Positions 18,956-27,846 of a stretch of DNA of 64,000 nucleotides are shown piece by piece. The stretch spans positions 416,001 to 480,000 of the forward strand of contig JBDHZC010000001.1 of NCBI GenBank assembly GCA_039811685.1, given 5' to 3'. Positions within the stretch are counted from its first letter, which is position 1, and every line of letters begins with the position of its first letter. Below the pieces are notes generated by a model. It did not search any database and had not been told where the DNA came from. It was given only the letters and a program-made list of their open reading frames with translations. The translations under genes were made by a program, and so were the position numbers. This DNA comes from Armatimonadota bacterium. GTDB lineage: Bacteria > Armatimonadota > UBA5829 > DSUL01.

Positions 18956-20626
18956 TTGGCAAAGGATCGAGTGACAGAAATAGTGCAGGCAGCTCTCACG
19001 AGCGCGCGAGATCAGGGACTGCTCAGCTTCGAGGGCGTGCCTGAGATCACGATTGAAGTTCCGCGCAGTAAAGAGCACGGTGACTTCTCCTGCAACGTTG
19101 CGATGGCGCTGGCTCGTGAAGCCGGGCTTCCGCCCCGAAGCATCGCAGAACATGTCGTAAAGAACATAGCTGAAGATGGCATCATCGAACGCACGGAGAT
19201 CGCCGGAGCAGGATTCATCAACTTCTATCTGAAACCAGGCTGGCTGCACGACATCGTCAGGGACATCGACGAACAGGGAGCAGAATATGGGCGCAGTGAC
19301 GCTGGTAAAGACCTGCGGGTCCTGCTCGAGTTTGTCAGCGCCAACCCTAATGGGCCGATTACGGTGGCTAGCGCTCGCGGAGGTGTAATCGGCGACACGC
19401 TGGCGCGTCTCTACGAACTCACAGGTGCGGCAGTCGCGCGCGAGTACTACATTAATGACGCCGCAAACTCCACGCAGATGATCAACTTCGGCAAGTCCGT
19501 AGTTGTACGGTATCTGCAGGAGTTGGGCAAAGATGTGGAGATGCCAGAGGACGGCTACCAGGGAGACTATGTCACACAGATCGCACGGGAGATTGCCGAG
19601 AAAGACGGTGATAAATGGGTAGCTGCGGATGAGGAGCAGCGTCTGACGGAGTTCACGCGCAGATCCGAGGCGGCTATGATTGACCAGCAGCGCGAAGATC
19701 TGGAAGAGTTTGGTATCACGTTCGACCGCTGGTTCAGCGAGCGCTCTTTGCACGACTCGGGCAAAGTAAAAGAGACGGTTGATCTGTTGACCGAGCGTGG
19801 GTACACCTATGAGCAGGAAGGCGCTGTGTGGCTGAGAAGCTCTGCATTCGGTGACGATAAAGACCGGGCTCTTGTGCGCTCCAACGGCCAGCCGACCTAC
19901 ATTGCCGCAGACGCAGCGTATCACGCCGACAAGTTCCGGCGCGGGTGGAACAAGCTGATCAACATCTGGGGGGCGGATCACCACGGGTACGTCCCCCGAA
20001 CCAAAGCCGCTATTGCTGCTCTCGGATATCCGGCGGAGGAGCTGGATGTGATCATCTATCAGACGGTGCGCCTGTTTTCGGGCGGCGAGCTGGTGATGAT
20101 GTCCAAGCGCGCGGGAGACGTGATATCGCTTTCTGAGTTGATGCGAGAAGTTGGACGTGACGCGGCGCGCTACTTCTTATTGATGCGAAGCTATGACAGC
20201 CCGCTTGACTTCGACCTGGAGCTGGCCAAGAGCGAGTCAGAGGAAAATCCTATCTACTACGTCCAGTATGCTCACGCGCGCATCGCGGCGATTTTGCGCA
20301 AAGCGCAGGAGGAAGGCTGGAGCGTTCCCGCCGCAGGTGACGCGCATTTGGAGCTGATTACGGAAGAGGCGGAGACAGATCTGATCAAGAAGCTCGGAAG
20401 CTGGCCGGAGGAGGTTGCAACCGCTGCCTTCCAGCACGAACCTCACCGTCTCGCCCCCTTTGCGATTGATCTGGCGCGGTTGTTCCATAAATTCTATACG
20501 GACTGCCGCGTACTGGGGGAGGACCGGCTGCTCTCAGAAGCGAGGCTCACGTTGGTGAAGGCGACGCGCACGGTACTGGCGAACCTCCTGAATACAATGG
20601 GAGTCTCGGCGCCAGAGCGCATGTAG
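18956..20626 (+). CDS. argS: Arginine--tRNA ligase
   Basis: HGDFS.N.A, GAGFINF, EFVSANP.GP, REYYINDA, GADHHGY, MSKRAG, YYVQYAHAR, GVSAPERM. Confidence 0.97.
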   Translation: MAKDRVTEIVQAALTSARDQGLLSFEGVPEITIEVPRSKEHGDFSCNVAMALAREAGLPPRSIAEHVVKNIAEDGIIERTEIAGAGFINFYLKPGWLHDIVRDIDEQGAEYGRSDAGKDLRVLLEFVSANPNGPITVASARGGVIGDTLARLYELTGAAVAREYYINDAANSTQMINFGKSVVVRYLQELGKDVEMPEDGYQGDYVTQIAREIAEKDGDKWVAADEEQRLTEFTRRSEAAMIDQQREDLEEFGITFDRWFSERSLHDSGKVKETVDLLTERGYTYEQEGAVWLRSSAFGDDKDRALVRSNGQPTYIAADAAYHADKFRRGWNKLINIWGADHHGYVPRTKAAIAALGYPAEELDVIIYQTVRLFSGGELVMMSKRAGDVISLSELMREVGRDAARYFLLMRSYDSPLDFDLELAKSESEENPIYYVQYAHARIAAILRKAQEEGWSVPAAGDAHLELITEEAETDLIKKLGSWPEEVATAAFQHEPHRLAPFAIDLARLFHKFYTDCRVLGEDRLLSEARLTLVKATRTVLANLLNTMGVSAPERM

Positions 20627-20635
20627 GCCCGCTGG

Positions 20636-23347
20636 TTGATCAGACATCTACGGATAATCGGTGCGCTTCGATGTTCCGATGCGCCATTCTCTGCCGGTAG
20701 CCCCGGCCCAGCCCAGACTCACGGCAGGACGAGTAGCCAATCCGAGGGAGTCAGCAAGGACAGACAAATCCTCAAACCGGGTTTTCCAAAAACTGGACAT
20801 TGTCAGAGGGCGGTCTGGGCAGCGTTGGCAATGCTCTTACCGCTCTCTTCGCATGCGTCTGATTCACCAGTTGGCGGCGTTTTTACGGACAAGACAGGCG
20901 CTGCTCACACATGGACCGTCAATGACGCCCACGCTCTGATTTGGGACAGCCAACCGTTTCTTCCGGTCGGCGGAATGTTTTGTTCCAAATATCTCACGAC
21001 GGCTCAGACAGATGAAAACTGGAGTGCAGACATCCAGGCTCTCCAGCTTCTGAAAGCCCGGGACATTCTTGATCTCTATGTCAATCCCGTTTTCCCGGCG
21101 ACCTCGCGGCCGCCGGCAGCCTGGCAGAAGCTGCTGGACTATCTGGATTCCGAAGGCTTTCGGTACGGAATTGAGCTTGCTGACGGCCCGTCCAAACCAC
21201 TGACAGCCTGGATTCTGCATCCGAGTCTCTACCGCCTGCCCGATATCACCTCGGACAAGACGCTAAGTTTCACACTCCCCTACTGCGTGGGCGGTATATG
21301 GGCGCTGGCCGATGCCAAGACAGGTGAAATCACAAAGATGGGCTCGCTGCGCCCGGAAAACGGCAAAGTCTCGCTGGACGTTCGCGGCTCGGCTGAGTCC
21401 CCACGCATTCTGTTGCTGTACCCCCTCAAGCGGATCAATGCGGATAAGGATGGACTGCAGAACTTCTGGGAGGGTTACGACGAATATCGCGACCGCGTCC
21501 TTCAGACTTTCTCGAGCGTGAAGTTTGGCCCGGGACTGCGCTTCTGGGTGGATCCGTTCATGAACGAAATGGGCATCAGGGGCGAGTCTCAGTTTGCGAT
21601 TCCGTCAAGCCCAGGCTACAGGCTCGAACTGGAAGCGTGGTTGAAAAGGCGCTACACAGACGTCAACTCGCTGTCAGCGGCGTGGCAGCTTGGCTCAGAT
21701 ATCCGCACTTTTGAGCAGGCGTCACAGATCATCCCGCTGTGGAATCAGAACAAAGGCCTGGCTTACGTTTACAACACTGTCACGGGCGCCACGAGCAAGC
21801 TGACAGGTCATACCAGCCGGATGTGGGACGATCTGTTGGCGTTTCGCAATGATTCCATTCGCGGATATCTCAACAGCATATCAGTGTTGCTGAAGCGGCA
21901 GGTGGCGAATGTTCCCGTTGTCGTCAAATGGACGGCAAATCATGCGTATCTGTTCAATAGCGACACGTCCGGGTTTGACGGTATTGGTGTGGAGGCGTAC
22001 GGCCGCCCAGAAACGATAGGACCCTTGGCCGGAGCCCAGTGCCTGGCGATAGTCGAGCAGTGCCAGCGCCCAATGTGGCTCTTGACGACGGAGACGCAGA
22101 CGGACTCTTCAGCAACTAAGCCGACAGCCGGATATGCCAGCAGATCCGAGATGCTCGACTCGCTTACGGTTCTGAGAGAATCTGGATCCAAAGGCTTCTA
22201 TGTTTTTGGATTGCAGCTTCTCCCAGAAACAATGTGGCGTAACTTCGAGCTGATAAGAACGCCTGAGCAGTTGGACTGGCTGAAGGATTTCAAAGATCAG
22301 ATTGACGCGGAGCCGTTGCTGGCCGAATGGAAACCCCGGGCAATCTGGTTTTCTGCGAACAATCCTCTGGGCGCTGACCTGGAGCAGATTGAACCAGATT
22401 TGTGGTGGCTCCCACGTCAGACGGACGCGCAGCCCATCACGATGGGAAACGATCTTCACGGCTACTCTATTCGAGACGCCCAGGGGAAAGCTCTGTATCT
22501 TTGGACGAGTGGAGAACCCCGAAATCTTGTGATAGAGCCCCCCGTCGGCGTCAGACCTTTTGTGTACTTCACCGGTGTGAACAAGGCACAGCGTCAGGCA
22601 AAATTCGAAAAGCGCCGGGTGACCATCCCTCTGACTCAATATCCTGTTGTGATCCGGGGAGTTGATACAGATTCGCTTCTGACCTCCGAAAGTCTCCTCC
22701 ACCAGGTGGAATATCTGACCAGACTGCTTGACCGCGCTGAACAGCAGAAAATTCCGTCCGGGCAGTGGAAGATGGCGCTGGATAACTCAAAGCAGATGAT
22801 CAAGAGTGAGCGTTTTCCAATGGCAGAGGCGACTCTTAGAGGGGCAATCCATGAGCTGGAACCACTGGTGGCGCCATTTTTCTGGATCGAAGGTGAGGAC
22901 GCGTCTGAGACCAACTTCGATTCCTCACAGTACTCGCGCCTGGCGAGCAAGTACAGATATCTACGGCTGTTCACCGACGTGGATCCGCCTATGGCGCCCT
23001 ATTCCGCCAGCTATCCGGTGTTTGTCGCGGCGGACGGGGACTATGACATCTGGCTGGCCGGGTCTGCTCCGGGACAGCCGGTGACATCTCCTGTTTCCTG
23101 GCAGGTTGACGGCTCTTCGTGGACACCGGTGGCACCGGCTGCCACGGCCGGACAAGCCTACGCACCGGATCTGTACTGGACAAAAATTGCCACAGCCCAT
23201 CTGGCTCCGGGCAAGCATGTGGTGCGGCTGCGCGTGGACGGCAGGCGCAAGGAGCCAGATCAGAACTATGTGATGTTTATCGACGCTCTGGTGGTATCAC
23301 AGGGTGCTTTCAAGCCAGATGGCGTAAAGAGACCAGAGCTGCAGTGA
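20636..23347 (+). CDS. Large secreted hypothetical protein, possible clan GH-A glycoside hydrolase with C-terminal CBM-like domain
   Basis: Hydrophobic signal-like segment; PF.PVG, MNEMG and LTTETQ resemble GH-A catalytic motifs; WIEGED beta-sandwich at the end. Start uncertain. Confidence 0.5.
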   Translation: MIRHLRIIGALRCSDAPFSAGSPGPAQTHGRTSSQSEGVSKDRQILKPGFPKTGHCQRAVWAALAMLLPLSSHASDSPVGGVFTDKTGAAHTWTVNDAHALIWDSQPFLPVGGMFCSKYLTTAQTDENWSADIQALQLLKARDILDLYVNPVFPATSRPPAAWQKLLDYLDSEGFRYGIELADGPSKPLTAWILHPSLYRLPDITSDKTLSFTLPYCVGGIWALADAKTGEITKMGSLRPENGKVSLDVRGSAESPRILLLYPLKRINADKDGLQNFWEGYDEYRDRVLQTFSSVKFGPGLRFWVDPFMNEMGIRGESQFAIPSSPGYRLELEAWLKRRYTDVNSLSAAWQLGSDIRTFEQASQIIPLWNQNKGLAYVYNTVTGATSKLTGHTSRMWDDLLAFRNDSIRGYLNSISVLLKRQVANVPVVVKWTANHAYLFNSDTSGFDGIGVEAYGRPETIGPLAGAQCLAIVEQCQRPMWLLTTETQTDSSATKPTAGYASRSEMLDSLTVLRESGSKGFYVFGLQLLPETMWRNFELIRTPEQLDWLKDFKDQIDAEPLLAEWKPRAIWFSANNPLGADLEQIEPDLWWLPRQTDAQPITMGNDLHGYSIRDAQGKALYLWTSGEPRNLVIEPPVGVRPFVYFTGVNKAQRQAKFEKRRVTIPLTQYPVVIRGVDTDSLLTSESLLHQVEYLTRLLDRAEQQKIPSGQWKMALDNSKQMIKSERFPMAEATLRGAIHELEPLVAPFFWIEGEDASETNFDSSQYSRLASKYRYLRLFTDVDPPMAPYSASYPVFVAADGDYDIWLAGSAPGQPVTSPVSWQVDGSSWTPVAPAATAGQAYAPDLYWTKIATAHLAPGKHVVRLRVDGRRKEPDQNYVMFIDALVVSQGAFKPDGVKRPELQ

Positions 23348-24201
23348 CTTCGCAGACTCAACCGCGCTACCGTCCACGACTCCTCTGGGCTATTCGTCGA
23401 GCACTTGGTGATTACTACGACCGACTGGGGCTGACCGTTCTCGGAAGTATCGTGTTGCTTGTTCCGCTGATGATAGCAACAACTCTGGGCGGAGTGCTGG
23501 ACCGCTTCATTCCGCGGGCAATAGCAACTGTTTTGGTGGCGCTTCTCGCCTGGTATGGAGTCAGCTTCGCGTGGGCGGGCAATGTTTTGCAGGCTCACCG
23601 AATTGCCGCTTTTGAAGACCCCGGGATAGACGCTTACGGGCAATTATTCCGTCGTTACGGCACAGGCATCTTAAAGCTTGCGAGCATCCAGCTCGTAATT
23701 ACGCTCGTTGTATTACTTGACACGGCGTTTTTCTTGCATCAACGGTTCTGGGTAATGCAGATTGCTGGAGTGATTACAGCGTACATTCTCCTCCTTTGGA
23801 GCATGATGATTCTGTGGCACTACCCATTTCTGATATACGAAAACGGCAAGACACTCAGGATTCTCAAGAAGTCCGCCCTCGTCGTCATGGATAATGCCTT
23901 CTTCACAGCAGCCGCCTTGTTTGTTACAATAGCGGGCGGCATCCTGCTGACAGTGTCTGTCGTGGGCGCGCCTCTGGCCTTTGGCGGAGTTCTGAGCTGC
24001 TTTGTTGTGCGCGCGCACCGCGAGTGCCTGAAAAAGTATGAGATGGCTGAAGATGAGCCGGAGGAACTACAGGACGCAGGGTGGCCTCAAACGAAAGACC
24101 CGCCGCGTCGGCTGAACCCGCGACTATCGCCTGCCGGCATGGCATCAAAGCAGAGGTCTGATAGCCCGACTGATTACCCCAATGAAACGGAACATACGTA
24201 A
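23344..24201 (+). CDS. Integral membrane protein (YesL/DUF624-like)
   Basis: About 5-6 TM helices; GTGA overlap with the upstream stop; located in a sugar-utilisation context. Confidence 0.6.
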   Translation: MTSQTQPRYRPRLLWAIRRALGDYYDRLGLTVLGSIVLLVPLMIATTLGGVLDRFIPRAIATVLVALLAWYGVSFAWAGNVLQAHRIAAFEDPGIDAYGQLFRRYGTGILKLASIQLVITLVVLLDTAFFLHQRFWVMQIAGVITAYILLLWSMMILWHYPFLIYENGKTLRILKKSALVVMDNAFFTAAALFVTIAGGILLTVSVVGAPLAFGGVLSCFVVRAHRECLKKYEMAEDEPEELQDAGWPQTKDPPRRLNPRLSPAGMASKQRSDSPTDYPNETEHT

Positions 24202-25142
24202 TGGCTGATGTAGTGTGTCTTGGCATCCTGGTAGCTGACGTGGTTGGCAAACCCGTCGAAACACTTCCCGAGCGTGGCAAGCTGACTCTGGTGGACAGAA
24301 TGGAGCTTCACACGGGAGGCAACGCAGCTAACAGCGGTATCGGCCTTGCGAAAATCGGTATTGACGTCGCCGTTATTGGAAAAGTCGGAGACGATGGGTT
24401 TGGCGATTTCATGGTTAACCGGCTTGAGCGCAACGGAATCGACACGCACGGTGTTGTGCGCGACAAAGAAGTGGCGACTTCGGCTACTATGGTTATGGTC
24501 CACAAAGACGGGGAGCGCAGTTTTATTCACTATCTCGGCGCCAACGCTGCGCTTGTGGAAAGCGACATTGACTACTCGATTATCGAGGGCGCAAAAGTCC
24601 TTGACGTTACGGGCACTTTCCTTTTGCCAGGGATCGACGGAGAGCCGACAGCCCGGATTTTGAAGAAAGCCCGCGCCATGGGGGTCACCACAGCGCTGGA
24701 CAGTTGCTGGGACTCAAAAGGACAGTGGATGACGCTTTTGGAGCCGTGCCTTCCGTACCTTGATTACGCATTGCCGAGTCTGAATGAAGCCCAGATGGTG
24801 ACCGGAAAAGAAGCTCCGGCTGATGTAGCGCAAGTGCTGCTGGACAAAGGGGTCCGGACAGTCGGACTCAAGCTGGGCGAAGACGGTTGTTACATCCGCA
24901 ACGCCGATACAGAGTTTACGATGCCACCGTTCGTTGTAGAGTGTCAGGATGCGCTTGGCGCTGGAGACAGTTGGGTGGCTGGCTTCCTCACGGGAGTGGT
25001 CAAAGGCTGGAGCCTTGAAGAAACCGCAAGGTTTGCCAACGCTGTTGGCGCATCCTGCGTCACCGCCCTCGGAGCGACCACCGGAATTAAGAGTCTGGCT
25101 GAAACCCAGGAGTTTATGAAGAACACTCCCGTACGCGCTTAA
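24201..25142 (+). CDS. PfkB-family carbohydrate kinase
   Basis: GGNAAN, GKVGDDGFG, KLGEDGC, DALGAGDSW.AGF. Confidence 0.93.
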   Translation: MADVVCLGILVADVVGKPVETLPERGKLTLVDRMELHTGGNAANSGIGLAKIGIDVAVIGKVGDDGFGDFMVNRLERNGIDTHGVVRDKEVATSATMVMVHKDGERSFIHYLGANAALVESDIDYSIIEGAKVLDVTGTFLLPGIDGEPTARILKKARAMGVTTALDSCWDSKGQWMTLLEPCLPYLDYALPSLNEAQMVTGKEAPADVAQVLLDKGVRTVGLKLGEDGCYIRNADTEFTMPPFVVECQDALGAGDSWVAGFLTGVVKGWSLEETARFANAVGASCVTALGATTGIKSLAETQEFMKNTPVRA

Positions 25143-25197
25143 AAGGAACGGGTACAACGCGCATGAACTGTCTGAAGGAAGTATCGCCCTTAGAAAT

Positions 25198-27846
25198 ATG
25201 ACTGGAAAAGAGCTACGCAAGAAATACATCGAGTTTTTTGAGTCCAAGGGTTGCCTGCATCTCCCCAGTGACTCCCTGGTTCCTGACGACCCCAGCCTGT
25301 TGTTCACCTCAGCCGGAATGGTACAGTTCAAGCCTTACTTTATCGGCGCGGAAACTCCACCGCGGGCTCGCGTAGTGACAGCTCAGAAGTGTTTGCGCAC
25401 GGATGACATTGACGAAGTCGGTGACGCTGTTCATCACACTTTCTTTGAGATGATGGGCAACTTCTCATTTGGAGACTACTTCAAACGAGAGGCAATCCTC
25501 TGGGCATGGGAGTTTCTGACTGACTGGTTGCACTTACCGCAGGACCGGATCTGGACAAGCGTCTATCTCGATGACGACGAGGCTGCGCAGGTCTGGCTTC
25601 ATGAGGTTGGTCTGCCCCCGGAGCGCGTCGTGCGCCTGGGTGAAGATAAGAACTACTGGCCGGCGAATGCCCCGTCCAGGGGACCCAACGGCCCATGCGG
25701 ACCATGCAATGAGATATTCCTCGACATGCGTCCAGAACTCGGTCCCCCGGACGACCCGCCGGATGCTATAGCTCATGACAGCAACCGCTTTGTTGAGATG
25801 TGGAACCTTGTGTTTATGCAGTTTTTGCGTGGCGAAGGCGGAGAACTGACACCACTTCCTACAAAAAACATAGATACAGGTCTCGGGCTTGAGCGGGTGA
25901 CGGCAATATTGCAGGAAGCGCCGAGCGACTACGAAACTGATCTGTTCTGGCCTCTCATCCAGAAGATGGAGAAGCTGGCGGGCGTCAAATACGGTTCCAA
26001 TGAGGCCACGACAACCGCCCTGCGGACTATTGCGGACCACGTGCGCGGAGCAGTGTTTTGTATTGGCGACGGTGTGATGCCTTCGAATGTCAAACGCGGC
26101 TACGTTCTGAGAAGGATGATCAGAAGAGCTGCGATAAAGGCGCGACAGATCGGGTATGAGGGTCTGTTTCTGCACGGCTTAGCGCCCACGGTCGCTGAGA
26201 TGTTTGAGGACGCCTATCCTGACGTGGCCAATCGTCTCAGCTTCATCACCAACGTCCTGCGAAGCGAAGAAGAGAAGTTCCAGAAGACTCTTTCTGGCGG
26301 TATACACAGACTGGAAGAAGAGATCAGGACCGCTCAGGCTTCAGAGAGCGAAACGATTGGTGGCGCAGTTGTCTTCACTCTTTACGACACGTATGGCTTT
26401 CCTTCTGAGCTAACAGATGAGCTTTCGCGAGCTGAAGGACTCCGGGCGGATCTCGACGGCTTTGAGCGTTTGATGGAGGAGCAACGTGCGCGGGCCAGAC
26501 AATCTGGCGGAATGTTCGCAGACGTTTTCAGCGGTGGTGAAACGTCAATCGCCAACCTCCAAAAGGCTGTCAACAAAACGGAGTTTCTGGGTTATGACAC
26601 TATAGATGCGCAGGCAAAGGTCCTCGCCATCCTGCATAACGGTGAGATGGTCGAGGCTGCGCAGGAAGGGGAGCAAATCCAGATCGTCCTGGATCGAACG
26701 CCGTTCTACGCGGAATCCGGTGGACAGATCGGAGACTTCGGACACATCAGCAGCGAGAGCGGTGTCGTCAATGTAGTAGATACGAGAAAAGCCGCTGATA
26801 TCTGGCTGCACGATGCAGTTGTGGCTTCAGGAGAGATCCGCCTGGATCAAAACGTTGAAGCCAGCGTGCAGGGAGAGCGCCGCATTGCTATCATGCGCAA
26901 CCACACCGCGACCCACCTGCTGCATGCCGCGCTGCGAAAGCATCTTGGAGAACACGTGACCCAGGCCGGTTCGCTGGTGGCTCCAGACCGCCTGCGCTTC
27001 GATTTCACTCATTTCCAGGCTGTCACGCCGCAAGAGCTACGCGCCATAGAGAATGAAGTAAATCGTCACATTCTGGCCGATATCCCTGTCACTAAAAAGG
27101 TAATGCCGCTGGACGAAGCTCGATCCCGCGGAGCTATGGCGCTTTTCGGCGAGAAATACGGGGCTGAAGTTCGCACTGTGACCATCGGAGATGTGAGTAT
27201 GGAGCTGTGCGGAGGAACTCATCTGGAGCGCACAGCGGAGGTCGGATTATTCAAGATTCTTTCGGAAGCAAGCGTAGCCGCAGGCGTACGCCGCATCGAA
27301 GCAGTCACGGGACAAGGTTCTCTGGAATACGTCCATACGTTGGAAGACAGGTTGCGTGAGATAGCTTCCAGGCTTCAGGCGCCACAGGCGGAAGCTGTGC
27401 AGGCAATAGACCGGTTGCAGATTACGCTCAGAGACATGCAACAGAAGCTCTCTGCAATCCAGGGCAAATCCAGCCAGGAGGAAGCCACTCAGCTTGCCAG
27501 CTCAGCTGTACAGGTTGACGGCTTCAAAGCGATCTGCGCTCAGACGCAAATCACAGATGCCAATGCGATGAGCGCCCTTGCGGATCAGCTTGCCGCCAGG
27601 CTGAAATCAGCCATCGTCGTGTTGGGGTCCGCTTCGGACGGAAAAGTGATGCTGGTGTCCAAGGTTACACAGGACCTGGTGGACCGCGGATTTCACGCCG
27701 GCAACATCGTCAAAGTAGCGGCACAGGAGGCCGGAGGAGGCGGTGGCGGGCGTCCAGACTTCGCCAAAGCAGGTGGCAAGAATCCAGCCAAGCTGGCCTC
27801 GGCGCTGGAAAAAGCTCTGGAGATGATCCGGAAAAAGGTTGACTGA
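25198..27846 (+). CDS. alaS: Alanine--tRNA ligase
   Basis: LLFTSAGMVQFK, HHTFFEM.GNFSFGDYFK, IDTG.GLER, HTATHLLH...ELCGGTH editing site, GGGGGRP. Confidence 0.99.
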   Translation: MTGKELRKKYIEFFESKGCLHLPSDSLVPDDPSLLFTSAGMVQFKPYFIGAETPPRARVVTAQKCLRTDDIDEVGDAVHHTFFEMMGNFSFGDYFKREAILWAWEFLTDWLHLPQDRIWTSVYLDDDEAAQVWLHEVGLPPERVVRLGEDKNYWPANAPSRGPNGPCGPCNEIFLDMRPELGPPDDPPDAIAHDSNRFVEMWNLVFMQFLRGEGGELTPLPTKNIDTGLGLERVTAILQEAPSDYETDLFWPLIQKMEKLAGVKYGSNEATTTALRTIADHVRGAVFCIGDGVMPSNVKRGYVLRRMIRRAAIKARQIGYEGLFLHGLAPTVAEMFEDAYPDVANRLSFITNVLRSEEEKFQKTLSGGIHRLEEEIRTAQASESETIGGAVVFTLYDTYGFPSELTDELSRAEGLRADLDGFERLMEEQRARARQSGGMFADVFSGGETSIANLQKAVNKTEFLGYDTIDAQAKVLAILHNGEMVEAAQEGEQIQIVLDRTPFYAESGGQIGDFGHISSESGVVNVVDTRKAADIWLHDAVVASGEIRLDQNVEASVQGERRIAIMRNHTATHLLHAALRKHLGEHVTQAGSLVAPDRLRFDFTHFQAVTPQELRAIENEVNRHILADIPVTKKVMPLDEARSRGAMALFGEKYGAEVRTVTIGDVSMELCGGTHLERTAEVGLFKILSEASVAAGVRRIEAVTGQGSLEYVHTLEDRLREIASRLQAPQAEAVQAIDRLQITLRDMQQKLSAIQGKSSQEEATQLASSAVQVDGFKAICAQTQITDANAMSALADQLAARLKSAIVVLGSASDGKVMLVSKVTQDLVDRGFHAGNIVKVAAQEAGGGGGGRPDFAKAGGKNPAKLASALEKALEMIRKKVD

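Noticed and set aside
18896..19984. 362-aa antisense ORF, plus similar ones opposite uvrC, alaS, murA and the RACo gene
   Set aside because: Shadow frames of well-conserved genes in GC-rich DNA; no motifs or SD.
23119..23343. N-terminal extension of the membrane-protein ORF
   Set aside because: Overlaps the upstream gene; GTGA coupling at 23344 is the more plausible start.
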